Below, piece after piece: positions 32,248 to 42,618 of a stretch of DNA of 64,000 nucleotides. Made by a program: the position numbers and the translations under genes. The notes under the pieces were generated by a model. It had not been told where the DNA came from. It did no database searches and saw nothing but the letters and a program-made list of their open reading frames with translations. Within the stretch, counting starts at the first letter, position 1. Each line of letters begins with the position of its first letter. The stretch covers positions 125,642 through 189,641 of the forward strand of contig CAWJTV010000022.1 of the NCBI GenBank assembly GCA_963845755.1. Direction: 5' to 3'. This stretch comes from an uncultured Planctomycetota bacterium (GTDB lineage: Bacteria > Planctomycetota > Planctomycetia > Isosphaerales > Isosphaeraceae).

Positions 32248-32727
32248 TCACCATCCTCGGAAAGCAGGCGGGCGGTTGTACGCCGAGCTATAGTAGCGGT
32301 TCGAGACTCGGGGGACCCGGCCGAGGAGCCTCGTCTCCATCATGTAGCTCTGGGCTCCCAGGGGGGTCATGCCGACTCCAAAGAGCGGGTTCCCGTAACC
32401 CGTCCCATAGAAACCAGCGTATCCCGGCGCAAATCCTATCCCAGGATAGGGATACCCGTAGCCGTAGCCGTAGCCGTAGCCCATCCCCGGATAGCCATAG
32501 CCCATCCCCGGATAGCCATACCCGTAGCCGTAACCGCCAAAACCATAGGGCGCGTAGCCGTAGCCCATGAAACCAGGATAACCATAGCCATAGCCCCCCC
32601 AGCCTGCGGCCGGGTAGCCCATGCCGAATCCCATCATCTGGGCGTCGGCCCTCCCCGAAGACATCAGCCCGATCACCAGCGCCAGGGACCACCACAGACG
32701 CTGGTGACGCTTCCACAGACGTGCCAT
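32248..32727 (-). CDS. Secreted Gly/Tyr-rich low-complexity protein
   Basis: Signal peptide ending ADA, then GYGYPGMGYGYPG repeats and YGNPLFGVGMTPLG; 21-bp and 6-bp tandem DNA repeats at about 32455-32620. Confidence 0.75.
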   Translation of the reverse strand: MARLWKRHQRLWWSLALVIGLMSSGRADAQMMGFGMGYPAAGWGGYGYGYPGFMGYGYAPYGFGGYGYGYGYPGMGYGYPGMGYGYGYGYGYPYPGIGFAPGYAGFYGTGYGNPLFGVGMTPLGAQSYMMETRLLGRVPRVSNRYYSSAYNRPPAFRGW

Positions 32728-33002
32728 CGCAATCCTCCTTCGGGTTGGGACGGCCGGTGTCTCATTCACCCGAGAGTTCGACCGGTCCGCCTATTCTCAT
32801 CATAGGGGTTGAACAGGCTTTCCCCAAAGAGCCACGCCGGTGGAGACGTTGACATTCCGCCGACATGACGGATGATTCGTCCGGGCAGGATTCGCGCGGA
32901 ATATGCACTTCCCAGTACGAAAGGCTGCGACTGCGCCGCGCAGAAACGATCGCGGCTCGTGTCGCGGACAATGTCTCATGGCCAAGCCATTCGAGGAATC
33001 AC

Positions 33003-33332
33003 ATGACCACCAGAACTCTGATGAAGAATGCCGCCGCCCTGGCCTTCCTGACCCTTGCCGCAGGAGTCGCCGGTTGCAACGGGGACAACGAGAATCAGCA
33101 GTCAGCCTCCCAGGTCGCGAAGAACGCCCTCAATATCAAAGGATCAAGTAGCTCTGAGCGGACCGTGGAGACCCAGAGCGATGTCGATGTGGTCCGGCAG
33201 ACAACCGTCGTCGACCGGAAGACTGGAGAGGTGATCTCGACCGAGAAAGAGGTCACACCGGTCACGGTCAAGAAGACCAAGGAGGTCAAGACGGACGTCC
33301 AGACGGGGAAGACGACCAAGGCGAATCCGTGA
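33003..33332 (+). CDS. Lipoprotein
   Basis: Lipobox VAGC; Thr/Val/Lys-rich body. Confidence 0.75.
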   Translation: MTTRTLMKNAAALAFLTLAAGVAGCNGDNENQQSASQVAKNALNIKGSSSSERTVETQSDVDVVRQTTVVDRKTGEVISTEKEVTPVTVKKTKEVKTDVQTGKTTKANP

Positions 33333-33513
33333 TTGGCTGCGGACGGACTTGTACCCGAGAGACGTTAGTTATTGCTGGCTCGGCTCGACCCCGTAATCGG
33401 CCAAGAAGCAGGATTGCGGTGAACACTCTCAAGCAGATACGGTATAATCTATGAGAAGTAGAGGGCTTCCCTAAGTTCGTCATGCAGGTGGTGAGTGCAA
33501 GCAGGGCTCGATT

Positions 33514-33798
33514 ATGACCGCACTGGACTCGAAGGGCATACTCCGATCGGCGGATGGAATCACGTCACCGGTGAGTATCTCGCGCGGTGAGAATCATCTG
33601 TTTCTCTCCCTGAGCATGTCTCCGACTGCTTATGTCAAACTACAAGAACTTGCTCTTGCTTCGGGAGTATCCTTGGACGAGGTTATCAGCAAGGCTTTTG
33701 TCCTCTACATCGAAGCGGCCGAGGCTAGCCGAACTGGAAAGGCGGTTGGCATCGCCTCCACGGCCGAAGCCCTGGAAACTCAATTCGTCGGCTTTTAA
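33514..33798 (+). CDS. Small ribbon-helix-helix-like protein
   Basis: LSLSMSPTAYVKLQELALASGVSLDEVISKAFVLY...GKAVGI...ETQFVGF. Confidence 0.55.
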   Translation: MTALDSKGILRSADGITSPVSISRGENHLFLSLSMSPTAYVKLQELALASGVSLDEVISKAFVLYIEAAEASRTGKAVGIASTAEALETQFVGF

Positions 33799-33812
33799 GG
33801 GTGCCCATCGCC

Positions 33813-34105
33813 ATGGCGGCACCTGCCAAGCGGGACCTCGATGAGCTGGCACATCATCCCGATTACAACGTCAAGGTCCAGATCGAGCGACGAGAAACCG
33901 AGGCGGAGGCGAATCACAGGCGTCGTAAGGACTTTGTGACATTGTGGCGGTGCTCAGCGGGCTCGGCCTCCTGATGCTTGCTGCCTTGGTCGTTCTCTTG
34001 GTTCCGGGCTCTGCGCCCGATTCAAAGAATTGGGCGATATCCGCACTCAGCGCAATCGTCGCCGGTGCCATCGGTTTCCTGGCTGGCAAGAAGCATGCTG
34101 ATTGA
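33813..34105 (+). CDS. Small two-TM protein (frameshift near 33945)
   Basis: MAAPAKRDLDELAHHPDYNVKVQIERRETEAEANHRRRKDFVTL joins AVLSGLGLLMLAALVVLL...KNWAISALSAIVAGAIGFLAGK. Confidence 0.55.
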
Positions 34106-34187
34106 GGTTGGCTACATCGGTGTCTCGCGAACTTCAACCTGGATGTCCGGGCCCGACTGAATCAAGACAAGTCGCTTTTGTGAGATC

Positions 34188-35297
34188 TCATAAAGCGTCA
34201 GAACTGACCGATTCGCCATTGTTCGGAGTCGCGATGGCATACCATGGCCGAAAGTTCACCGAGTTCTTGACGAAACGGACCGAGCCGTCCATGAACAGCA
34301 CGTTCACCCCGCCGGGGTGCCAGGAGCTGGCCGAAATCATGGTGATGCTGGCACGACCATCCTGATTGATATCGTGGTAAACGCAACTCGTCCGATTGGG
34401 CCCCTGAGTGTGCGAGTAGATCATGGTGCCACCATAACCCCACCATTCACCCTTCCATTGCCACTGCTGGTTGGCGCTGGTGATCGGCACCCTGTTACAG
34501 AGTTGCGCGAACTGGAAGTCGTTCGAGTAGAAGTTTGAGTTCTCGCCGAGGTTGTACACTTCCGACAAATCGTTCCTGGCGCGGCCGGTTGGCACTCCCT
34601 GTCCCTTGATCCACTCGCTGAAAGTCGCCGTCATGCTGACCCCGTCGTGGAACGTGGCCAGGGTCGTGACCTCACTCACGGTTTTATCCCAGTTGCTGGC
34701 CACATAGTTGGGACCATTGAGTTGCCAGCCGTTGAGCCGCCGATTCAGGCCGATATTACACGCATAATTGCTGGCACCCACCAGCTTACTCTCGCCACCC
34801 ACGAAGAAGTAGCCGGAGGAGCCGGGATTGAAATCCGCGGGGCAGAGGAAGGTTCGGATCTGCATGGTGAGGACCGTCATCTGGGGGATGCTGTCGTTGC
34901 CACCATATGCGTCGTCGGGTGGGTTGGAGTCCCTGTAGATCCTGTCGCCGTCGCTCCAGCGGGCGCCGAACCACCAGTTGATCTCGTTATAGATGACCTG
35001 CTGGTCCAGGTAAGGGAGCAACCGCGCGTGCTGCGACCAGTTCTGGTGCGACTGCGGAATCTGCACACCCGTGCTGGTCCATTCCTGGTCAACGGAGACC
35101 GGCGGCAAGGCAATGTTCACATTCACGTAGCCGTGCATCGCCAGACCAATCTGCTTGAGGTTGTTCGTGCATTGCGACCGCCGACCTACATCGCGCGCGG
35201 ATTGAACGGCCGGCAGCAGCAAGGCGATGAGAATGGCGATGATGGTGATCACCACCAGCAACTCGATCAAGGAAAAACCACGGTCTCTTCGAGTCAT
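34188..35297 (-). CDS. DUF1559 prepilin-type protein with H-X9-DG C-terminus
   Basis: [29 protein letters not shown]...[11 protein letters not shown]...[21 protein letters not shown]. Confidence 0.95.
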   Translation of the reverse strand: MTRRDRGFSLIELLVVITIIAILIALLLPAVQSARDVGRRSQCTNNLKQIGLAMHGYVNVNIALPPVSVDQEWTSTGVQIPQSHQNWSQHARLLPYLDQQVIYNEINWWFGARWSDGDRIYRDSNPPDDAYGGNDSIPQMTVLTMQIRTFLCPADFNPGSSGYFFVGGESKLVGASNYACNIGLNRRLNGWQLNGPNYVASNWDKTVSEVTTLATFHDGVSMTATFSEWIKGQGVPTGRARNDLSEVYNLGENSNFYSNDFQFAQLCNRVPITSANQQWQWKGEWWGYGGTMIYSHTQGPNRTSCVYHDINQDGRASITMISASSWHPGGVNVLFMDGSVRFVKNSVNFRPWYAIATPNNGESVSSDAL

Positions 35298-35535
35298 GGT
35301 CTTTACCCTCAGTAAGACGAAGGAGAAATCCGATTGCCCATGAGGTGGACGGCTTCCCGAAAAGAAGACGCGGGAGGACCTTCGGGCGTCGGGTCTTGGA
35401 GATGGAAACCGGGCGCCTTTCCGCTCAGATTCGGACTAAACTTCCCCGATCCACTCAAGCCAGGATACAAGATGGCCAAGAGACGAATGCTCCAACCCAA
35501 CCGTTGGACATTTCTCCAAATGCGACCGCCAACGA

Positions 35536-35793
35536 CTACTTCTTCTGGCCTGGATAACCTTTGCCTTGGTCCGGTATCGGTCCGCTACGCATACCCGCTC
35601 CTCGGACTCCCGGGGTGATCTCGTAATACTCTCCCTGATCTTGGGCCTGGGCGGTGCGAGAACCAGGGATTGTTCCCTTCGCCTTGGACGCTTGCTCCTT
35701 GAAGGCCGCCTCATTGTCTTCCGCGCAACCGACCAATCCCAGGAAGCAAAAGCTCAACAGAGCAAACCTCAATCCACTGGTGAACAACCTCAT
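35536..35793 (-). CDS. Small lipoprotein upstream of the DUF1559 gene
   Basis: Lipobox LVGC; GGAG RBS. Confidence 0.7.
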   Translation of the reverse strand: MRLFTSGLRFALLSFCFLGLVGCAEDNEAAFKEQASKAKGTIPGSRTAQAQDQGEYYEITPGVRGAGMRSGPIPDQGKGYPGQKK

Positions 35794-35880
35794 GATGAGA
35801 AGGACTCTCCTCAGGAAGGGGCACGATGATGGAAATGGAGGAAGCGGGATCAGGAAAGCATCACTCGCTTCTGCGCGAAG

Positions 35881-36219
35881 CTACTCCAGCGTCGCCTGAG
35901 AGTTCTGTTGCAAGTCACGACCATACACGTCACCACGCGCGGCGAGAGCCTGCGCGAGCAGCGTCCGGGCCTCCCCATCATGCGCCGCTTGCCTAAGGTG
36001 ATCCGGGAAAGCGGAGCCGGCCCGGACGTACGGCTCGCGAGCCATCCTGGCACCGATTGTGTTGGGGTCGGCGACAGGCCGGATGTCGTGCCGGTACCAC
36101 CCGATGTTGAAGCCAATGGAGCCGGCGTCCAAGAGCACCACGACCAGCGTCGGCCAAGAGAAATGCCCGCGCCAGACCGACGTTGACTCCCGCTCGATCG
36201 ATCCTCCCGAGACGATCAT
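35881..36219 (-). CDS. Hypothetical protein
   Basis: 112-aa ORF with no recognisable motif. Confidence 0.3.
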   Translation of the reverse strand: MIVSGGSIERESTSVWRGHFSWPTLVVVLLDAGSIGFNIGWYRHDIRPVADPNTIGARMAREPYVRAGSAFPDHLRQAAHDGEARTLLAQALAARGDVYGRDLQQNSQATLE

Positions 36220-36387
36220 ACAGGGCCGTTGTTCATGTTACTTGAGCCGCGCGATGGCGGCAAGGCTGGGCGCATCATCGGGGACGCCACGAAGCACCGA
36301 CCAGTGTCAGGCACGGATCTCGTCGAACCGCCCCATCTCCTCTCTGAGTCCGGTCAGCCGATGGTAAAGTTCCGTGGATCGCGTCGG

Positions 36388-37552
36388 TCACCTCGGAGTC
36401 GGCTTTGACCGATCCAGCGGAACGATTTGCCACCCCTGAATCCCATAACGAATATCGCGCTCGGCGAATTCCCAGATCACCAGCCTCTTGTTCCTCAGGA
36501 GCGTCGGGCGGCGTGCTAGCGATTGCCGGACCAACGTGGAGGCTCCGCCGTCGTTGACGATCGAGGTCAGCGGTCGACCAAGCTCCCGCGCGAGATGCGC
36601 GATGAAACCGGCGGCACCCGGCTCGTCCTGCTCATAAACCCGCAGGAAGCTGTCGCCCAGGATCAGGACCTCGGACTCCGGCACGTCACGGTACGGGGTT
36701 CTGATGTCTGACTGGAACACTTGCCGACACGCCAGACTCTCCGGTTCGAGCGCGCGTTCGATCTGCGGCACATGCAGCATCTCAACCAGATCGCCGTGGC
36801 GCCGGACAGAGACCGACCGCTCTTGGTAAGCGCGATCACCCCGATTGACGGCGCCTCCATCGAGCACCCGCCGCGCGACGGCGACGGCGGCCACCCGTGC
36901 ACCGTCCGGCGACCAGTGGCTGTCCTGCGCCAGGTAGAGCCGCCTCGGATTCGACGGACTCTCCTCCTGCCTGGCACGGCGAAAAACGTCGAACAGGTTG
37001 ACGTGCTCGATGCCGACTTGCTCCAACTGATCGAGCAGACGACGCGTCGATTCGCTGACGACGACTCCCACGCCTTCTGCCCGACTGGCGAGCATTTCGG
37101 GATAGACGCTCTCCTTGTTGGGCACCGGGACGACCAGCAGCCGGATCCCCCGCGCCTGGAGCTGATCGCGGAACGATCGGATCGCGGGAAGAGGATCGGC
37201 GGACTCGCTTCCGGCGGCGCCGGCCTGGCGCTCGATCCCATACGCGCACGCTCGGTCGATAGAAGAGCCAGCCGTGACGCCCCACAACGGCCTTCTCACC
37301 GGCATCGGCGAGCAACTTCCACTCGAGGTACTGCGTCCACGGCCGGAGCCGCTTGACCACGAGACTCGTCTCCTCGAGGCTGTGCTCATACGAGTGCAGG
37401 TTACGGGCCGTCGGAGGCTGGCGGAAGATGTCGAGCGCTTGCGGCCGCTCGCCGTACCGAAGCTCGGAAACCGCCTGTATCAGGCCCGGAGCCATGATCA
37501 CGGCGAGGAAAAAAGCGGTCACAATGTTGTGCGCACGACGGTCCATCCGCAC
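36388..37552 (-). CDS. AlgX/AlgJ-like SGNH O-acetyltransferase (frameshift near 37240)
   Basis: VVGRHGWLFYRP, LLVVPVPNKESVYPE, YLAQDSHWSPDG, ILGDSF, LVIWEFAERD. Confidence 0.88.
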
Positions 37553-37562
37553 GGTAGGAAAC

Positions 37563-39005
37563 CTAGAACTGGAAGTAGAGGAACGGGTTGAACGACTGCG
37601 AGAACATCACCAGCAGCGAGGCGCAGAACAACGGATGCACGAGAATTGCCTTGGGCCAGGTGACCTCCCTACTCCACTCGTGCGCCTGGATTGGCCAGGT
37701 GACGACCACCGCCCCGATGGCCAGGATCAGGAGCGTCCCTTGAGTATAGAGCAGCGCCGGCAAGAGCAGCATCCCGGAGCGGGATCCCCCCTGCCCGATC
37801 ATGGCCCCCAGGTAGTTCATGGCCTCGTGCAGATTCGCCGAGCGAAACGGGACCCATGAGATCAGCACGAGCACGAACGTGGCCGCCACGCGGACCGGCC
37901 GCGGCCATCGTTGATACGCGCTGCGTTTGCCCCGGAACCGCTCGAGGGCGAGCAGGATCCCGTGATATGCCCCCCAGGTGACGAACGTCCAGTTCGCGCC
38001 ATGCCACAGGCCGCCCAGGAGCATGACCAGGATGAGGTTGACGTAGGTGCGCCGGGAGCCCTTACGATTGCCCCCAAGAGGAATGTAAAGATAATCGCGC
38101 AAGAACGTGCTTAGCGAGATGTGCCAGCGCCGCCAGAAGTCCGTGATGCTCTCGGCCTTGTAGGGAGAATCGAAATTCCTCGGGAACTCGAAGCCGATCA
38201 TCCGACCCAGGCCGATGGCCATGTCGGAATAACCGGAGAAATCGAAGTAGATCTGGAACGCGTAAGCGAGCACGCCGAACCAGGCATCGGGGGTGGAAAG
38301 TGACTGGGCATCGAACGCGGCGTCCGCAACCCGGCCCATCGGATTGGCCAGCAAGATCTTCTTGGCGAAGCCGAGGATGAACAGGGTGACCCCGGAGGCG
38401 AGCTTCTCCCTGGTGTGAGAGCGGCTCACGAGCTGATCGGCGACCGTGTTGTAGCGGATGATGGGCCCGGCGACGAGCTGGGGAAAGAGCGCGATGTAGC
38501 AGGCGAAATCGATGAACGACCGGACGGGAGGGGCCGTGCCGCGATACACGTCGATGGTGTAGCTGAGCGCATGGAACGTGTAGAACGAGATCCCGATCGG
38601 CAAAGTGATCGCGAGCACTCGCACCGTGCCGGCGCCGAACCAGGCGAGCACCTGGTTCAGGTTGGCCTCGAGGAACCCGAAATACTTGAAGAATCCGAGC
38701 GTGCCCAGGCTCACAACGATGGCGAACGCCACGACGCAAGACCTCGGCCTCCGGCCGATCCCCGGCAGGCCGATGATCCGCCCGCAGACATAGTTCACGA
38801 CGGTGATCCCCAGCATCAGGAAGACGTACCAGGGATCCCACCAGCCGTAGAAGATGTAGCTTGCAAGAACCAGGAGGGCGTTGAGCGCCAGGCAGGTCTG
38901 CCGATCCGACGCGCTCGCCCGCCGGCTCAAGCCATCCAGGGCGTAGTAGCACACGAGGACCAGCGGTAGGAAGTAGAAGACGAAGAGATAGGTGGTGAAG
39001 ACCAT
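37563..39005 (-). CDS. MBOAT O-acyltransferase (AlgI/DltB-like)
   Basis: LPIGISFYTF, FPQLVAGPIIRY, QIYFDFSGYSDMAIG, FWRRWHISLS, GLWHGA, FLYFQF. Confidence 0.95.
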   Translation of the reverse strand: MVFTTYLFVFYFLPLVLVCYYALDGLSRRASASDRQTCLALNALLVLASYIFYGWWDPWYVFLMLGITVVNYVCGRIIGLPGIGRRPRSCVVAFAIVVSLGTLGFFKYFGFLEANLNQVLAWFGAGTVRVLAITLPIGISFYTFHALSYTIDVYRGTAPPVRSFIDFACYIALFPQLVAGPIIRYNTVADQLVSRSHTREKLASGVTLFILGFAKKILLANPMGRVADAAFDAQSLSTPDAWFGVLAYAFQIYFDFSGYSDMAIGLGRMIGFEFPRNFDSPYKAESITDFWRRWHISLSTFLRDYLYIPLGGNRKGSRRTYVNLILVMLLGGLWHGANWTFVTWGAYHGILLALERFRGKRSAYQRWPRPVRVAATFVLVLISWVPFRSANLHEAMNYLGAMIGQGGSRSGMLLLPALLYTQGTLLILAIGAVVVTWPIQAHEWSREVTWPKAILVHPLFCASLLVMFSQSFNPFLYFQF

Positions 39006-39066
39006 GGTCGCCCAGGCCAATGTAGCCGGGAGGGGGCCGTTGAAACGGCTTCTCGCGCACAGCCGG

Positions 39067-39537
39067 TCAATCGCTGACCAGATCCGTCCAGACGGCCCAG
39101 TAGATCGGGTCGGTGTCTTCCTCGGAATACAAGTTGAGGATCCCTCCCTTGAAACTGTCAAGCATGGATCCTTCCAATGCCATGCGGTGCACCTGGCCAG
39201 GGCGGAACGACTTGAGATTGCCGCCGACGTCCGGCACGCGCTTATCGGCCACTTCAGATCGGGGCTTGGCCGGATTGTAGTGGCCGACGTAAATAGTCTG
39301 GCCCTTGACCTTCCCGCGGTGGACTTCGAGCACCTGATACTTCAGGACAGTCGCATAGTTGTACAATTCTCGATCGAAGATCGCCCCGTCGGGGATCTCG
39401 ACGAGTTTCGCCGTGACCTCGATGCTGCCCCGCTTCATCAGATCGGAATCCGGGCCACTCCTGGCACAGGCGGCCGCCATCAGGCCCACAGCAAGCAGGA
39501 AGCTCCCCACAACGGTCCGGCTCGTGTGCATGCTCAT
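39067..39537 (-). CDS. Lipoprotein associated with the MBOAT operon
   Basis: GGAG RBS, lipobox-like AAAC, SIEVTAKLVEIP...YATVLKYQVLEV...YVGHYNP. Confidence 0.7.
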   Translation of the reverse strand: MSMHTSRTVVGSFLLAVGLMAAACARSGPDSDLMKRGSIEVTAKLVEIPDGAIFDRELYNYATVLKYQVLEVHRGKVKGQTIYVGHYNPAKPRSEVADKRVPDVGGNLKSFRPGQVHRMALEGSMLDSFKGGILNLYSEEDTDPIYWAVWTDLVSD

Positions 39538-39901
39538 AGGTTTTTCGCCTCCCGTGCCGATGGATGTCAACCAAGCACTGTCAAGGCGTACGAGATCGAT
39601 GTGCCGGGTCGTGGGGTGCTCGATCTCGACATAGGACCACTGCGGCTCCCGACCCAGCAGGCGACTGACCTTCTCTCCCTCGCTAGCCCAGAGACATACC
39701 TGCTCGGGATCCTTGTTCGTACTGAGCACGATTGGCATGTCTGATATGCGGACGACCATCAGGCGCGTTCGGGAGTTGCCGACCCAGCCGAGGTCGACGT
39801 CGCTCCGCGTCCGCAGCAGATTCGCTCCATCGGATGAGGCACTCTTCGAGCTGCATGTCCTCTTGATATCGAGATTTGGGGCACACTGGTGGTCGATGAT
39901 A

Positions 39902-40035
39902 CCACTTAAGTGTCATGCAAGCGCAAGAATCGCCGCAAGTCGGTGGTTTTGCAGGTGAATCCCGGCGGTTACCTCATCCCACAGATACCAGGTTTGGTGA
40001 CGGTTGACAAGGTTGGTGACCGTTCTGGTAATGGG
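39902..40035. other. Degenerate att / island end homologous to 49234-49375
   Basis: TGTCATGCAAGCGCAAGAATCGCCGCAAGTCGGT...CCAGGTTTGGTGAC..GGTTGGTGAC aligns with TGCCATGCAAGCGGAGAAATCGTCGTAAGTCGGT...CCAGGATCGGTGAC..GGTTGGTGAC. Confidence 0.75.
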
Positions 40036-40252
40036 TCTGCAACCGTGTTGAAACGTTACACCTCCGACCACTTTGGCGAGCCGGTGCGCGCAGCGAGCGA
40101 TGACGTGTCGCGATCGTGCAGACGGGGCGTTGCAGAAGGACTCGATATGGAAGAGGCGAGGGCACGCCGGGAACCTTGAGGCCCCTCGAGGCGCCACCGG
40201 AACTCGCGCGCCTTGCGGGAGACCCTCGAGGACGCCTTCCGTCTGCACGCCC

Positions 40253-42565
40253 TCAGCGGTTCTCCGGCTGTACCTCAAGTTGCCCCTGGATCTTCACGAG
40301 GCGGGAAGCCAAAGCGAACAGCGCCAGGTCGAGGGTGCCGCGCAGGCGCGGGTGGGCACCGCCCTCAAGGGTAAGGCGCAGCCGTCCCGGGTGTTCGTCG
40401 GTCAAGGTGGCGAGCACGTCGTCCAGCCTCGCGCCCTCGACGGAAAATGAGGAAACCAGCTCGGCCAGGGCCTTCGTATTCATCTCGAAGTGGAGAATCG
40501 AAGCGGGCCCCGGCTGGTCGTTGAGGGCGACGCGGAGTGTGTCGCGGCCGTTGGTCCCGCCCGCCAGCCAGACCGCGTGCTTGCTGAATCCGATCAGGTT
40601 GGGGCCGCCGCCCAGCAGCGGCGCGAAGCGGGGCATTTCCCGGGCCAGGGCGGACGTCTCGTACCGGTGGACCTTGGCGCCCTCTAGGTTATCGGAGTCG
40701 AACGTGAAACGCGCCCGATCCTCGGGTGCCACTTCCTTGGCGAACAGATCGCGGAAGAGCTGGTCCAGGGCCTCGCCGTCGGGGACCTTGAGTCCAAAGA
40801 TCGCGCCGGGCTTGCCGAAGCCGTGGCTGCGAATGGCCGTGGCCACGTCCAGCTCGCCGGCCTTAATGGCGTCTTCGAGGAGCTTGAAGAACCGCTCGTG
40901 CTCCTTCCAGAAGTTTGGTCCCGCATCGCGAGCGACCTGATCCGTCGCCTCGCGCGCGAGTCCAGCCAGCAGCCGGCGGTAGTCATCCGGCAACTGCACA
41001 TGGGCCAGGACGGCGAGGGCGGGATTCCCGGCAATCACGCCGCCGAACCGGCTAGGCCCCGGCGCGAGGCCCGACAGGTTGCGGGCCAGGGGCGAGCCCG
41101 GCGCCCCCCGCAGGTGCAAATCGGCGACGAGCTCCCGGTCCGCGTGGTCGACGCCCAGCCGCAGTGTCAACTCGGCCTTCCCCTCGAACACGTCCCTCGT
41201 CAGCGTTGAGACCGACTCGACGACCTTGCGAGACCAGGCCTGCTGCGCGTCGCTCATTCCTGCCAACTGGCCGCGCATGAGGTCGGCGCGCTGCGAATCT
41301 GACCCAGGATCGCAGCCCAGATCGGGGCGGGTACGCGGTCGGCGCGGGCGGTGACGACCAGGTCCCCGAAGATCCGTGGGGGGAACAGCCGCGCCGGGGC
41401 GATCCGCCGACCATCGTCCAGGACGGCGGGGTCGCCGAACGTCCCATAGGCGTAGCCGTCTGCGATTCGAAATCGCACCGGTGCGGGCAACTGGCGGGGT
41501 CGGACGATGTAAAGGCCCGTGTCATCCCGATCGGCGGGGCACGAGAGTGAGGCGAGGAGTTTGAGAAACTCCGCCTCGTCGCTGACCGGGACCAGACCGA
41601 CGATCGCGGGAGCGTTCGCCCCTGGTGGGAAGTTAACGTAGGCGCCCCAGGCTTTCTTCGCAGGGATCCCGGGCAGCCCCCCTGCCCCGCCGTTGACCGC
41701 GAGCAGGGCGAGCAGGTCATTGATCGGTTTCGACAGCCCGGCCACTCCGCCGACGGCTTTCAAGTCGGCGAACAGCCGCTCGAGCGAGTGGAGTTGCACC
41801 AGCAAGATCGGGGCGTCCGGGTCTTCGGAAGCCGAGGGGAGGGGAGCATCACGCCACGCGATCGTTGGGTCCGGCTCCGTGGCCTCGGGCGGAGGCGCCG
41901 CATCGGGCGGCTTCGCCTCGTCGAGAACCGTAGCCACGGGCGATGGCGCCACCTCGGGCGGCTTCGCCTCGTCGAGAACCGTGGCAATCGCCGGCTTGGC
42001 GTCGGCCTCGGCCTCGGCTCCGCCAGGGCGTGGCCCCCTTGTGAAGGAGACAGCCATCACGATGAGGACGGTCAGGATTCCGCCGCCAACGATCCACGGC
42101 AGGGCGCGCCGGCGCGGCATCCCTCGGAAGAACGCCAGGGCAGGCCGAGTCCTGTCCACCCACGATGGGGACGCCTGCGGAGGTGTGGGCCGTGACGCCG
42201 GGGGCGTCGGACTCTTGCTGACACCGCCGACAGCGTGTGGAGCCGGGCGCTGCGCGGCTGGTGCCGTAGAGGATGAGGGTACGGTCGATTGGACCTTCTG
42301 GGAGTTCGGAGCCGCGGGCCGAGGGGGCTGGGCCTTCGAGGGCATCGCTCCGGGCGCGACGGCCGGGGCGCGGCGCGGGCGTTGCGGGCGAGGTGGACGC
42401 CGGTCGCGCCGAGGAGGACGCGGCGGCGGGGCGCGACGCAGGTGGGGCCGTCGCCGGACCGAGCCCAACGATTCCCTTGCAGTGCGGGCATGTGATGCGG
42501 TTGCCCGCGGCGTAGGGAGGCGGGGGGAACATCCAATCGCAATTCGGGCAGGAGATCCAGTCCAT
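40253..42565 (-). CDS. Zn-ribbon / Pro-rich linker / TM / extracytoplasmic protein (frameshifted)
   Basis: MDWISCPNCDW...ITCPHCKG; TM WIVGGGILTVLIVMAVSF; duplicated ATVLDEAKPP; ORF pieces 41849..42565, 41254..42468, 40253..41278. Confidence 0.65.
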
Positions 42566-42618
42566 CGAGGAGAGCCTCTCTCGAAACGGTTCGGCCAGGC
42601 GGGAAGGGTACGGGGCGT

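Noticed and set aside
39538..39900. N-terminal extension of the 39067..39759 ORF
   Set aside because: RBS and signal peptide point to a start at 39537; the upstream part may be an unrelated remnant at the island boundary.
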